64,000 nt of DNA from Deltaproteobacteria bacterium (GCA_018433775.1 JAHDQN010000040.1:20587-84586), one strand, 5' to 3'; counted from the first letter of the stretch, positions 18,808 to 28,707 are shown. Program-made: numbers and translations. Notes: generated by a model from the sequence alone, not told the origin.

Positions 18808-20139
18808 TTAGAGCAGCGGCAGATAGGTGTCGATCTCGTACTTGCTGACATGGGTCCTGAAGGCGTCCCACTCCTTCTTCTTGTTTTCTACGAACTTCTC
18901 GAAGATGTGGTCACCCAGGGCCTCCCTCACCAGCGTGCTCCCGGACACCTCCTGGATCGCCTCGAAGAGGTTGCCAGGCAGCGAGGTGATCCCGGCCTCC
19001 TCCCGCGCCTTCTCGTCCATCTCGAAGATATCCTTCTCGATGGGCTCGGGCAGGGTATACCCTTTTTCAATGCCCTCCAGCCCGGCCGCTATCTGCACCG
19101 CAAAGGCCAGGTAGGGGTTGCAGGCCGGGTCAGGCGCCCTGAACTCGATCCGGGTGGCCTTGGCCTTGCCCGGCTTGTACATGGGGACCCTGAGCATTGC
19201 CGAGCGGTTTCTCCTGGCCCAGGACACGTAGACCGGGGCCTCGTAGCCGGGAACGAGCCTCTTGTAGGAGTTCACCCACTGGTTGGTGACCGCGCAGATC
19301 TCCCGGGCGTGGTTGAGAATACCCGCGATGTAGTGCTTGCCCACCTTCGAGAGATGGTACTTGTCGCCCGCGTCGAAAAAGGCGTTGTCGTCGCCCGTGA
19401 ACAGCGACTGGTGGACGTGCATGCCGCTGCCGTTCTCGCAGGCGAGCGGCTTGGGCATGAAGGTGGCGTACACCCCGTGCTGGCGGGCGATCTCCTTGAC
19501 CGTGGTCCGGTAGGTCATGACGATGTCGGCCATGGTGAGCGCCTCTTTGTACCGCAGGTCGATCTCGTGCTGCGACGGGGCGACCTCGTGGTGGCTGTAC
19601 TCCACCTGGATGCCCATCTTCTGCAGGCTGAATATGGTGTCGCGCCGGATGTCGGGGCCCCGGTCGATGGGCAGGCCGTCGAAGTACCCTCCCCTGTCCA
19701 GGATGGTGGTGCACTTGTCGTCTGCGAAGTAGAAGTATTCCAGCTCCGGCCCGAGAAACACGTTGTACCCTTTCTCAGCCGCCCTGGCCAGCACGCGCTT
19801 GAGCGCGTATCGCGGGTCGCCTTCGTAGGGGGTGCCCTCCGGGGTCAGGATGTCGCACACCATGCGGGCCACGGGATAATCCGACGGTCTCCAGGGCAGG
19901 AGCTGGAAGGTGGCGGGGTCCGGCTTGGCGATCATGTCGCTCTCGTGGACCCGGGCAAAGCCCTCGATGGAGGACCCGTCGAAACCCATGCCCTCCTCGA
20001 TGCCTTCTTCAAGTTCCGAGGGCGTCAGATTGAAGCTCTTGAGCCTGCCCAGAACATCGGTGAACCAGAACTGTATGAAGCTGACCTTGTGTTCCTTTAC
20101 AGCCTTCATAACATCTTGCTTTGTCTTGCATTGTAACAT
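18808..20139 (-). CDS. glnA: Glutamine synthetase, type I
   Basis: 443 aa from the ATG at 20139 (GGAGGA RBS): MLQCKTKQDVMKAVKEHKVSFIQFWFTDVLG. Further motifs are GSGMHVHQSL and NPYLAFA. Confidence 0.95.
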   Translation of the reverse strand: MLQCKTKQDVMKAVKEHKVSFIQFWFTDVLGRLKSFNLTPSELEEGIEEGMGFDGSSIEGFARVHESDMIAKPDPATFQLLPWRPSDYPVARMVCDILTPEGTPYEGDPRYALKRVLARAAEKGYNVFLGPELEYFYFADDKCTTILDRGGYFDGLPIDRGPDIRRDTIFSLQKMGIQVEYSHHEVAPSQHEIDLRYKEALTMADIVMTYRTTVKEIARQHGVYATFMPKPLACENGSGMHVHQSLFTGDDNAFFDAGDKYHLSKVGKHYIAGILNHAREICAVTNQWVNSYKRLVPGYEAPVYVSWARRNRSAMLRVPMYKPGKAKATRIEFRAPDPACNPYLAFAVQIAAGLEGIEKGYTLPEPIEKDIFEMDEKAREEAGITSLPGNLFEAIQEVSGSTLVREALGDHIFEKFVENKKKEWDAFRTHVSKYEIDTYLPLL

Positions 20140-20187
20140 GGCTCGTCCTCCATTTTCGTCTTCTTGCATTATCAAGCGTTTCTTTGT

Positions 20188-22521
20188 CTATTCCAGGGGT
20201 TCGTTTTCCCTGAGCTCCCATATCCCGCACGGGCAGGCCCCTGCACAGAACCCGCACCCGATGCAGCGGTCGTCTTCGAGGCAGTACTCAAAGCCGCCTT
20301 CCGGGATGTCCTTCCGGAAGATTGCCTGACGGGGGCAAATCGCCTCGCATACCCCGCAGTCCCTGCATCCGCCGCAGGAGGCGCACATCTCCGAGCACTG
20401 TCCGATGTCCTCCGCAGCCCGGCGCCCCGGGTCGTAGTACTCGAGCCTCACCCGGCCGGCATCCATGGGTGACGGCGCTTCCGGCGGCCCGTGTACGCCT
20501 TTGATCAGCGCATCGATCGACTGCGACACCCTTCTGCCCGCACCGATGGCGTCGGTGATAAGCCCGGGCTTTACGCTGTCTCCGACGGCGTACACCTTTG
20601 GATCGGACGTGCGGCAACCATCGTCCGCCACGATGAAACCGTGACGGCTGTCTATGTCTTCGGGGAGGAATGATATGTCAGGCCGGTCGCCGATTGCAAC
20701 AACTACTGTATCACCCGGGAGAATTTTGCCGTCCGCAAGCTCGACGCCCGTGGCGTTTATCGCCCGTGCCGACACCGGCCAGAGAAACCGGGCACCCGCC
20801 CTTTCCGCAGCCGCGCGCTCGCGGCCGAAGGACGCGGGCTCCCGGACGTCGATCAGGGTGATTTCCTCAGCTCCCAGGCGGCTCGCCTCGGTGGCCGCAT
20901 CGCAGCCCACGTTGCCCGCGCCGATGATCACGACCCTGCCTCCAACCGTGATGTCGCCGCGCTTCGATCTTCGGAGAAAATCCAGTGCAGGCACCGCCAT
21001 CTCGCCACCCGGTATCCCGAGGGTGCAGGGAATCCCGGCACCCACGGCGATGACCGTGAAATCGTGACCTTCTTTCAGAGCCAGGAACTCCTTCTGACCG
21101 AACTCTCCCATTAGCCGTCTGAAAGAAATCTTTTCGAGAACCCGGCCGAGCTCCCTGCGGAACACCTCATCGGGAAAGCGGGTGCCCGGTATGGCCTCCG
21201 CGATCTTCCCGCCCGGCTCGGGCGACCGGTCGTACACCACGGGCTCGTGTCCCTTCATCCAGAGCTGCCAGGCAACGGACAACCCGGCCGGACCGGCCCC
21301 GAGGACCGCGACCTTCGCGCCCGTGGACGCACAAGGCCGGGGCTCGCGGGCATCCAGGCTCGCCCTGCCGAGCACGGTCACATCCACTGGGGTCATATGG
21401 TCCAGATTTCTGGTGCAGCTCTGCATGCACAGGTTCGGGCAGAGGTAACCGCACACCGTGGCCGGAAAAGGTGTGTACTGGAGCGCCAGGTCCACGGCCT
21501 CCTGCACCAGGCCCCTGCGGATGAGCTCCCAGCGCCTCTGCACCGGAATGCCGGCCGGGCAGGCCGCCTGGCAGGGCGGTACATGCTTGTGGTTTTCCCA
21601 TATGGGCGCGAACCTGCGCATCGGGCCGGTCGCGATCACCGGGACCTGGCCGCGGTCCATATCGGTGAGGTCCCCGATCAAGCCTCCCGTTCCCAGCTCC
21701 CGCTCCCATACCCGTGAACGGAACCGTGAAATGGATATCCGTTTCCCGCAGTCCTTCTCATGGGGCTCAAGCGCAGCGAGAAGCCGCCAGGCGGACCGGT
21801 CGCCGCTCAGCACATCGAGAAGATCCTCACGGCCGATGGCCCTCAAGAAATCCTTCATGCCGCTCTGAAGCCATTGCCAGTCCTCGTCGCCGATGCGGGT
21901 CATCCTGACGTCGGCCTCGCTGTAGCTCTTCTGGGTGCCGCGGAAGAAAATCCTGCCGCCCACCATGCCCACGCAGGGATTGTGCCCCAGGATATTGCCC
22001 CGATAATGCGAGCCCAGGCCGCATACCACGGCCACGCCACCGGCCATGAACTCGGCGAACGAATCGCCCACCCCTCCCAGGACCCAGAGCTCGGGCGGTG
22101 AGAACCGGGGGTTGCTCTTGGTCATGGTCATGCCCCTGGCGCCGATGTCGCCGGCAATATAGATCCTGCCCTGGGCCATGGCATTGGCGATGCCGTTGGT
22201 TGCATCGCCGTGCACCACGATGGTAGCACCTGCGTTGAGCCACCCCACATCATCGGATGCATGACCGTGAACCTCGATGAATGTGTGCGGTGATCCCATG
22301 GAGCCGATCCGCTGACCCGGGTGCCCATGGATGTCGATGAGCACCGGCTCCGGGCCGGTATTCCAGAGCCTGCCGCCGATCCCGTGCTGGCCGTAGGCCT
22401 GCACCTCGACCCTGGGGTATCCGCCTGCAACCGCCTTCTGGATGCGCTCTTCCAGAACCCGGGATTCCACCCGGCTCCCCTCTTCCATGCCCTGGATCAC
22501 GACCTTCTCGTGCCGGTTCAT
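20188..22521 (-). CDS. Glutamate synthase GXGXG-domain (GltB domain 3) fused to GltD-like FAD/NAD(P) oxidoreductase and a C-terminal 2x[4Fe-4S] ferredoxin
   Basis: From the ATG at 22521 (MNRHEKVVIQGM). The GXGXG region is GQHGIGGRL...HGHASDDVGWLNAG...GDATNGIANAM. The dinucleotide fold is KVAVLGAGPAGLS. The C-terminal clusters are CGGCRDCGVCEAICP and CIGCGFCAGACP. Confidence 0.8.
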   Translation of the reverse strand: MNRHEKVVIQGMEEGSRVESRVLEERIQKAVAGGYPRVEVQAYGQHGIGGRLWNTGPEPVLIDIHGHPGQRIGSMGSPHTFIEVHGHASDDVGWLNAGATIVVHGDATNGIANAMAQGRIYIAGDIGARGMTMTKSNPRFSPPELWVLGGVGDSFAEFMAGGVAVVCGLGSHYRGNILGHNPCVGMVGGRIFFRGTQKSYSEADVRMTRIGDEDWQWLQSGMKDFLRAIGREDLLDVLSGDRSAWRLLAALEPHEKDCGKRISISRFRSRVWERELGTGGLIGDLTDMDRGQVPVIATGPMRRFAPIWENHKHVPPCQAACPAGIPVQRRWELIRRGLVQEAVDLALQYTPFPATVCGYLCPNLCMQSCTRNLDHMTPVDVTVLGRASLDAREPRPCASTGAKVAVLGAGPAGLSVAWQLWMKGHEPVVYDRSPEPGGKIAEAIPGTRFPDEVFRRELGRVLEKISFRRLMGEFGQKEFLALKEGHDFTVIAVGAGIPCTLGIPGGEMAVPALDFLRRSKRGDITVGGRVVIIGAGNVGCDAATEASRLGAEEITLIDVREPASFGRERAAAERAGARFLWPVSARAINATGVELADGKILPGDTVVVAIGDRPDISFLPEDIDSRHGFIVADDGCRTSDPKVYAVGDSVKPGLITDAIGAGRRVSQSIDALIKGVHGPPEAPSPMDAGRVRLEYYDPGRRAAEDIGQCSEMCASCGGCRDCGVCEAICPRQAIFRKDIPEGGFEYCLEDDRCIGCGFCAGACPCGIWELRENEPLE

Positions 22522-22570
22522 GCGTCCGCCCCCCGATGTCCGGGTGTTTTTTCTGTCATGGCCGGGCACC

Positions 22571-24205
22571 TCACACCACATACCTGATCTGAAGACGCTC
22601 GGCCGCATGAAAGTCGTCGATGCCGAGCGCGTCGGACATGCCGATGGGAAGAGAGGTGGACCTTCCCATGGGCGCGAGGATCTTCTTGAGTTCGGCGTCA
22701 AAGCTCAAAAACACGTCGACCAGCCGCCCGGCCACGTCTTCGGGGTCGAGCCTGCGGTAGAGTCTGGGGTCCTGCGAGGTGATCCCCTTGGGGCATCGGC
22801 CGAGGTTGCAGATGTTGCACCGGTCCCCCTCCGAACCGACGCACCCGGCCGCCGCCTGCATGAGATATTTGCCCACCTGAACCCCGCTTGCACCGAGCAT
22901 GATGAGCGCAGCGGCATTTGCCGCCAGGTTGCCGTTCTTTCCCGCGCCTCCTCCGGCGAAGAGAGGGATCTCGTTCTGCTTGCCGATCTTCACCAGGTTC
23001 AGGTATGCGTCTCGCACATTGGCGGCGATGGGATGGCCCATGTGGTTCATGGACACGTTGTATGCCGCTCCGGTTCCCCCGTCCTCGCCGTCGATGGCCA
23101 AGGCCGCCGCGTACCGGTTGCGCGCGATGTTGTTGAGCACGGCGGTCGTGGTGCTGGTAGCCGATATCTTCGGGTACACCGGCACCCTGAAGCCCCATGC
23201 CATTGAGAGCGACTGGATCATCTTGGCCACGGACTCCTCTATGGAGTATTTGGTCTGGTGCGTGGGCGGCGAGGGCAGGCTCACCCCGGGCGGCACCCCC
23301 CTGATGGCGGCGATGAGCCCGTTCACCTTATGCCACATGAGCAGCCCGCCGTCTCCGGGCTTGGCGCCCTGGCCGTACTTGATCTCGATGGCGCAGGGGT
23401 CTTCCTTCATCTCTGGCAGGGCGTGGATGATCTCGTCCCAGCCGAAATACCCGCTCGCGATCTGGAGGATCACATACTTGAGAAACCGCGACCTGAGCAG
23501 CCGCGGCGGGCACCCGCCCTCGCCCGTGGATATCCTCACGGGCATGCCAAGCTCCTCGTTCAGATAGGCCACGCCCATCTGGAGCCCCTCCCACATGTTC
23601 GGGGAGAGTGCCCCGAACGACATGCCGCCCACGATCAGGGGATAGATCTCCCGCACCGGTGGCGCCCATCCGTCCTCTTTTGCCGAGTTGAGGATCTCCT
23701 CGGGAGGCAGGATGCGCCCCAGGAGGGTCCTGAGCTCGAACTCGTGCCTGCCGGCGTCCAGGGCCGGGTCGGTGAGCATGGAGATGCGGACGAACTTGAT
23801 GCGGTCGAGCACGCTTGCCGTGTCGTTCCGCCTGCCTCCCCGCCGCCTCGGCTCTCCGCCCTGGTTGGCATGAAACTTCAGCTTGTCGGTCTCCTCGCTC
23901 CTTACGGGGAATATGGCGGAGTTGGGGCAGACGAACGAGCACATGCCGCACCCCACGCAGGCATGTGCCGGGTCGGTTTTCTGGTCGATCCCGTAATAAA
24001 CGCGGTAGACGTTTCCCGGCCTCTCGCCCAGGCCCATGAGAACCGGCACCTCCCGCCTGCGGTGCACGCCGAGCTCGATTGCCCTCACCGGGCACACCGC
24101 AGTGCACTGTCCGCACAGGGTGCACCGGTCCCTGTCCCAGCAGACGCGCCAGGGCAGGTCCCTGGGGCTCAGTGCAGATGGGTGCAGGGTTCCCATTGGC
24201 TCCAT
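22571..24205 (-). CDS. Glutamate synthase FMN/central domain (GltB domain 2) with N-terminal 2x[4Fe-4S] ferredoxin
   Basis: From the ATG at 24205 (GGAGG RBS). Cluster motifs are CTLCGQCTAVCP and CVGCGMCSFVCP. The FMN domain shows GGMSFGALS, KPGDGGLL and FAGGGAG. It overlaps the upstream gene's end by 37 nt. Confidence 0.85.
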   Translation of the reverse strand: MEPMGTLHPSALSPRDLPWRVCWDRDRCTLCGQCTAVCPVRAIELGVHRRREVPVLMGLGERPGNVYRVYYGIDQKTDPAHACVGCGMCSFVCPNSAIFPVRSEETDKLKFHANQGGEPRRRGGRRNDTASVLDRIKFVRISMLTDPALDAGRHEFELRTLLGRILPPEEILNSAKEDGWAPPVREIYPLIVGGMSFGALSPNMWEGLQMGVAYLNEELGMPVRISTGEGGCPPRLLRSRFLKYVILQIASGYFGWDEIIHALPEMKEDPCAIEIKYGQGAKPGDGGLLMWHKVNGLIAAIRGVPPGVSLPSPPTHQTKYSIEESVAKMIQSLSMAWGFRVPVYPKISATSTTTAVLNNIARNRYAAALAIDGEDGGTGAAYNVSMNHMGHPIAANVRDAYLNLVKIGKQNEIPLFAGGGAGKNGNLAANAAALIMLGASGVQVGKYLMQAAAGCVGSEGDRCNICNLGRCPKGITSQDPRLYRRLDPEDVAGRLVDVFLSFDAELKKILAPMGRSTSLPIGMSDALGIDDFHAAERLQIRYVV

Positions 24206-25299
24206 CTCCTGACCTCCATCCGCGAGGCATCCACACAGGCGAGGTCGTATTTCATGGGCTGGAATTCGCAGTTTCCTTCCCGGACGGGAATGGCCCCGTC
24301 GAGCCCGCACATCTCGGAAGAGAAGGCGAACATCCCGGGCCTGCCTCCCACAACGCCCGGCCTGAGTTTCTTGCTGTCGTGGACCATGAAGAGTGTCTTG
24401 TCGGGCAGACACCCGATCACACAGTTGGGCCCGTCGATGGTGAGAAAACGGCAGCCGTGCTTGAGCCTTCTCAGAAACGCACTGTCCGGGTGCCTGGTCA
24501 GCTCCTCGTCCTTGAGCGGGGTGATGATGTGTTTGTAGGCATCGATCCCGAGCCCAAGCCGGTTTGCGGTGTAGTGCAGGATATGGGTGAACACCTCGGA
24601 GTCAGACTGATAGCCCGCATATCCGGGAAAACCCCGCGACATCAGATAATCCCGTATAGGCCCGAACGCGGTGTTCTCGCCGTTGGTCATGGTGGCGAAG
24701 CCCTGGAGAAAGAAGGGGTGGCAGGCATAGAGGGTAACGGCATAGTTGGTGTTCTGCCTGCCCTGGGCCATGATCACCCGCGCCTTCAGACTCTTCCGGT
24801 CGAGCCCGAGATATTCGGCTATGGCCAGGGGATCGCCTACTTCCTTGATCATGATCGTGTCCGGCCAGAAGGAAAAGACCATCATGGACCCGTCCTGCTC
24901 GCCCAGCCTCCTCAGGTCGATCCGGATCCTCATGAGCCGCGCCGCGATCTCGGCCTCGCTCAGGCCCTCCCACTCGAAAGGATACTCATACACCCGGATG
25001 AGGTACACGTCGCGTTTCGGGGTGCCCTCGGGCGGCTCCTTGGCGGGCCTGATGGAAAGCTTGAACTTGGTGAGCAGGCCCAGCTCCATCATGTAGCGAT
25101 CGAGCCTCTTGATCCCTTCCTGGGAGAAAACGCCCGAAAGGATGGGAGAACCCCTGAACTGTTCCAGGTCCCCGCCGAGGTCGGTCATGAACAGGCCGAC
25201 CCCGGAACCGTCGTGGCCTTCTTTCATGACGTCCAGGGCACGCAGGGCGACCATGGGCGAGAGCGGCTCGTTACTCGTTATGGCGAACAGACGGCACAC
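24169..25299 (-). CDS. Glutamate synthase glutamine amidotransferase subunit (class-II Ntn, GltB domain 1 type)
   Basis: I propose the GTG start at 25297-25299, which puts Cys directly after the initiator (M-CRLFAITSNEPLSP), as Ntn amidotransferases require. AAGGAGGA lies upstream. The track start at 25392 is rejected. Confidence 0.75.
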   Translation of the reverse strand: MCRLFAITSNEPLSPMVALRALDVMKEGHDGSGVGLFMTDLGGDLEQFRGSPILSGVFSQEGIKRLDRYMMELGLLTKFKLSIRPAKEPPEGTPKRDVYLIRVYEYPFEWEGLSEAEIAARLMRIRIDLRRLGEQDGSMMVFSFWPDTIMIKEVGDPLAIAEYLGLDRKSLKARVIMAQGRQNTNYAVTLYACHPFFLQGFATMTNGENTAFGPIRDYLMSRGFPGYAGYQSDSEVFTHILHYTANRLGLGIDAYKHIITPLKDEELTRHPDSAFLRRLKHGCRFLTIDGPNCVIGCLPDKTLFMVHDSKKLRPGVVGGRPGMFAFSSEMCGLDGAIPVREGNCEFQPMKYDLACVDASRMEVRRWSQWEPCTHLH

Positions 25300-25337
25300 C
25301 TTGTTTTCGTCCTCCTTGTCGTGCTTGGACAGGAAAG

Positions 25338-25353
25338 AGCGAAATCCGTGCCA
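25338..25353 (-). promoter_or_regulatory. Candidate sigma-54 (-24/-12) promoter of the glutamate synthase-glnA operon
   Basis: The minus strand reads TGGCACGGATTTCGCT. GG and GC have the correct spacing, with one mismatch to TGGCACG-N4-TTGC. It lies about 40 nt upstream of the proposed GTG start. Confidence 0.5.
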
Positions 25354-25516
25354 TGGGTGCGGGTCCTGTTCCTTTCCGGAGCATCGGATCAATTTTATTC
25401 CATCGATTCCAGGTATTACAAAATAACATTACCCGGCCGGCACCATGTCTGCATCCGGAATTTCCCGGCGGAGCCGGTTTCCAGTATTTTCCAATAATGT
25501 TCGATCAGATATGCTT

Positions 25517-25532
25517 TGCACAATTTTGTTCC
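25517..25532. promoter_or_regulatory. Near-palindromic candidate enhancer (UAS) site
   Basis: TGCACAATTTTGTTCC matches TGAACAATATTGTACC (33006-33021) at 13 of 16 positions. It lies about 170 bp upstream of the candidate sigma-54 promoter. Confidence 0.3.
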
Positions 25533-25585
25533 ATCCTCCTCTTTCGTCCGCATGATCGTAATCCTTCGGTCAAGACCGCTCCATG

Positions 25586-25622
25586 ACTGCTTAACATATT
25601 TCGCATGCGCACGTACGACAAC
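25586..25622 (-). promoter_or_regulatory. Conserved element, copy 2 (sigma-70-like: -35 TTGTCG, 17-nt spacer with CGCATGCG, -10 TATGTT on the minus strand)
   Basis: ACTGCTTAACATATTTCGCATGCGCACGTACGACAAC, compared with 6086-6120. Confidence 0.35.
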
Positions 25623-25784
25623 GTGTACAAAGAAGGGGAATCCAATGGCATGGACCCCGGGGCTTGCCCTTGAGGTTCATGCCATTGATAAAAAGCTGCC
25701 CGGACAAAGGCTTGCCGGAACCGGTGCGATTTTTTCCGTGCCGATCCGCGGGGCGCGCTCCGCCGGGACTGAACGGGGTTTCGC

Positions 25785-27041
25785 TCAGAACTCGGTGAGC
25801 TCCGGGCCTTTCACCCCGTTGAGGAATTCCTGCACGATCCCGACCCCCCGTTTGAAGTCCGGAAGCGTGGGGGTCAGGACCGAGAGCCGGATGTAATGCG
25901 ACCAGCGGGCACCGTAGATGTCTCCGGGCGTGATTCGGATACCCTGCTCCAGCAGCCTGTCCCGGCAGATCCGGCTGGGTATGGGCGTCCTGATCCACAC
26001 GCAGGCCCCCCCCGGCTCCCACGGCGTGTTCTGTTCGAGATAGGCGCTCCGCTGGGCGAGCTCGTGCCGCAGCCGTTCGATATGCCCGGTCAGCCTCGAC
26101 GAGGTGAACACCGTGAGCAGAGAGCGCTGCAGGATTCCCGAAAGCGAGAGGTCGTTGATCTCCTTGAGATCGAGAATGCTTCTCTGCATGGATTCCGGAA
26201 AGACCGCGAACCCCATGCGCAGACCCGGGCCCAGGACGTTGGAGAGGCTCTTGATGTAGATGACCCGCCCGCGGGTATCCCTGGCCTTTAAGGGGGTGAT
26301 TCCGACAACATCGGAAAGGGGATCGTCCTCGACGATGAAGAAGTTCTTGTCGGAAGCCATGGAGACGAGATCGTCCCGCAAATCTTCCGGCATGGATCTT
26401 CCGGTGGGGATGTGGCCCTGCGGCATGGTGTAGAGCAGGCGGATATCCATGCCTTTGATCCGATCGAGATCGTCTCGGCTCGCGATGCGGGGGACGAAAA
26501 CAACCTCGGCCCCGAGTGACTCGAAGATCCGTACGGCCCCCATGTATCCGGGATCCTCAACGGCCACGGCATCGCCCTTGCTCAGCAGGGAAAGGCCAAG
26601 CAGAAAGAGGGCCTGCTGGGAGCCCGAGGTGACGATCGGGGCGGCGTCGATCCCGGAAGACCTGAGCCATTTCCCGGCCTGCTCGCGCAGGGGCTCGTAC
26701 CCCTGGGGAGGGTCGTACGCGTTGAGCCCTTCGATGGTGAGCCTGAGATGCTGGCTCACCCAGAGCATCAGCTCCTCGGGCGGGCGGATCGCCGCCATGT
26801 CGATATCGCCCCCGGTCAGACTGTGCGCCACAAAGGTGCCCGCGCCCTGCCGGCTCACGACCAGGCCCTGTTCGAAAAGATACCGGTACACGTTTTTCGC
26901 CGTCACCATGCTGATGTTTTCGCTCCTGGCCAGCTCCCTTACGCCGGGCAGCCGCTCTCCCGGCGTCCTGTCCCTGAGGATGCCGTCTGCGAGCCTCCGG
27001 GCGATCTGTTTGTACCGCATGAGATTCTCCTTTTCCATCAT
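25785..27041 (-). CDS. pdxR: MocR/GntR-family regulator with aminotransferase-like domain, PdxR-like
   Basis: The N-terminal GntR wHTH is YKQIARRLADGILRDRTPGERLPGVRELARSENISMVTAKNVYRYLFEQGLV. The C-terminus is a fold-type I aminotransferase-like domain. It is divergent from pdxS across 65 bp. Confidence 0.75.
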   Translation of the reverse strand: MMEKENLMRYKQIARRLADGILRDRTPGERLPGVRELARSENISMVTAKNVYRYLFEQGLVVSRQGAGTFVAHSLTGGDIDMAAIRPPEELMLWVSQHLRLTIEGLNAYDPPQGYEPLREQAGKWLRSSGIDAAPIVTSGSQQALFLLGLSLLSKGDAVAVEDPGYMGAVRIFESLGAEVVFVPRIASRDDLDRIKGMDIRLLYTMPQGHIPTGRSMPEDLRDDLVSMASDKNFFIVEDDPLSDVVGITPLKARDTRGRVIYIKSLSNVLGPGLRMGFAVFPESMQRSILDLKEINDLSLSGILQRSLLTVFTSSRLTGHIERLRHELAQRSAYLEQNTPWEPGGACVWIRTPIPSRICRDRLLEQGIRITPGDIYGARWSHYIRLSVLTPTLPDFKRGVGIVQEFLNGVKGPELTEF

Positions 27042-27106
27042 GACAAATAGTGATACAGTTCTCTATTATCACAATTAATGTTATATAACAATAGGAGTTG
27101 ACCAAT

Positions 27107-27994
27107 ATGAGTGATATCAGTGAAAGAATCATCGTCAACCGTGGGCTGGCACAGATGCTCAAAGGCGGGGTGATCATGGACGTGACCACGGCGGATCAGG
27201 CCCGTATCGCCGAGGATTCCGGGGCCGTGGCGGTTATGGCCCTGGAGCGTGTCCCCGCGGATATCCGCGCCCAGGGCGGTGTCGCCCGGATGAGCGACCC
27301 TGCCGTTATCCGTGCCATCCAGGAGGCAGTGACCATCCCGGTCATGGCCAAGGTGAGGATCGGCCACCTGGTCGAGGCCCAGGTGCTCCAGGCGCTGAAG
27401 ATCGACTATATCGACGAGAGCGAGGTCCTGACGCCCGCGGACGAGAGCAACCACATCGACAAGCACGCCTTCGAGGTGCCGTTCGTGTGCGGCTGCCGCG
27501 ACCTGGGAGAGGCGGCGCGCCGGATCGGCGAGGGCGCGAGCATGATCCGGACCAAGGGAGAGGCAGGCACGGGAAACGTGGTGGAGGCCGTCAGGCACAT
27601 GCGCACCCTCATGGGACAGATCCGTATGCTGCTCTCGATGCGTGAAGACGAGGTCCCGGGATTTGCCAGGGAGATCGCGGCGCCCTTCGAGGTCCTTGCC
27701 GATATCAGGAAATCAGGGGCTCTTCCCGTGGTGAACTTTGCCGCGGGCGGCGTGGCCACCCCGGCGGATGCCGCTCTCATGATGCAGCTCGGGGCTGACG
27801 GCGTGTTCGTCGGGTCGGGCATCTTCAAGTCGGGCGACCCTGCCCGGCGTGCAAAGGCCATCGTGGAGGCCGTGGCCCACTGCGACGACCCCGCCTGGAT
27901 CGCACGGGTTTCCGAAGGCCTGGGCGAGGCCATGTCCGGCCTCGACGTGCGGACCATGCCCGAGGGCGAGCGGCTTGCCGGGCGGGGGCGGTGA
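27107..27994 (+). CDS. pdxS: Pyridoxal 5'-phosphate synthase lyase subunit
   Basis: [27 protein letters not shown]...[10 protein letters not shown]...[20 protein letters not shown]. The ATG at 27107 is 9 nt after GGAG. The track uses a TTG at 27098. Confidence 0.95.
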   Translation: MSDISERIIVNRGLAQMLKGGVIMDVTTADQARIAEDSGAVAVMALERVPADIRAQGGVARMSDPAVIRAIQEAVTIPVMAKVRIGHLVEAQVLQALKIDYIDESEVLTPADESNHIDKHAFEVPFVCGCRDLGEAARRIGEGASMIRTKGEAGTGNVVEAVRHMRTLMGQIRMLLSMREDEVPGFAREIAAPFEVLADIRKSGALPVVNFAAGGVATPADAALMMQLGADGVFVGSGIFKSGDPARRAKAIVEAVAHCDDPAWIARVSEGLGEAMSGLDVRTMPEGERLAGRGR

Positions 27995-28602
27995 TGGTGA
28001 TCGGGATACTCGCACTCCAGGGAAACGTGCGCGAGCATATGACGAACCTGAACAGACACGACGTGCAGGGACGCCCCGTTCGCCTGCCCGCCGATCTCGC
28101 CGGGATCGAGGGCCTCATCCTTCCGGGTGGTGAGAGCACCGCCATGAGGAATCTCGTCTCGTCCTCCGGGCTCGAAAAACCCGTGGGCGATCTCATCCGA
28201 CAGGGTCTGCCCGTATGGGGAACCTGCGCCGGGGTCGTACTGCTGGCCCGGGGAGGGATCTGGTCCAGCGTCGATATCACGGTGGAGCGCAATGCCTACG
28301 GCTCCCAGGTCTTCAGCCGCCTGGTGCATGGAAGCTCGGCCCTCTCGGAAACGCCGACCCCCATGGTCTTCATCCGCTCGCCCCGGATCACCTCTGCGGG
28401 GCGTGAAGTCGAAGTCCTCGCCGAGGTCGGGGGGGATGTCGTGGCTGTACGGCAGGGCAATATCCTGCTCACGACCTTTCATCCCGAGCTGGTCGACCAC
28501 AGCCCCTTCACTGCCTGTTTCATCGAAATGGTGAGCTCGGCCCGCTCGGATGAAACACCGGTCCCAGGGCACTGCCCGAAAGAGACCGGCCGGGCAGTCT
28601 GA
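27994..28602 (+). CDS. pdxT: Pyridoxal 5'-phosphate synthase glutaminase subunit
   Basis: [15 protein letters not shown]...LILPGGESTAM...WGTCAGVVLLA. The start overlaps the pdxS stop (TGATG). Confidence 0.92.
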   Translation: MVIGILALQGNVREHMTNLNRHDVQGRPVRLPADLAGIEGLILPGGESTAMRNLVSSSGLEKPVGDLIRQGLPVWGTCAGVVLLARGGIWSSVDITVERNAYGSQVFSRLVHGSSALSETPTPMVFIRSPRITSAGREVEVLAEVGGDVVAVRQGNILLTTFHPELVDHSPFTACFIEMVSSARSDETPVPGHCPKETGRAV

Positions 28603-28707
28603 TCACGGTTTCGATCAATGGTATGAACCTTGAGGACAAGGCTGAGGCCCTGTTGAAGCCCGCAAACGGTGGGGAATGTGACCCTTCCGTTTCGTCCACA
28701 GGGTCTC

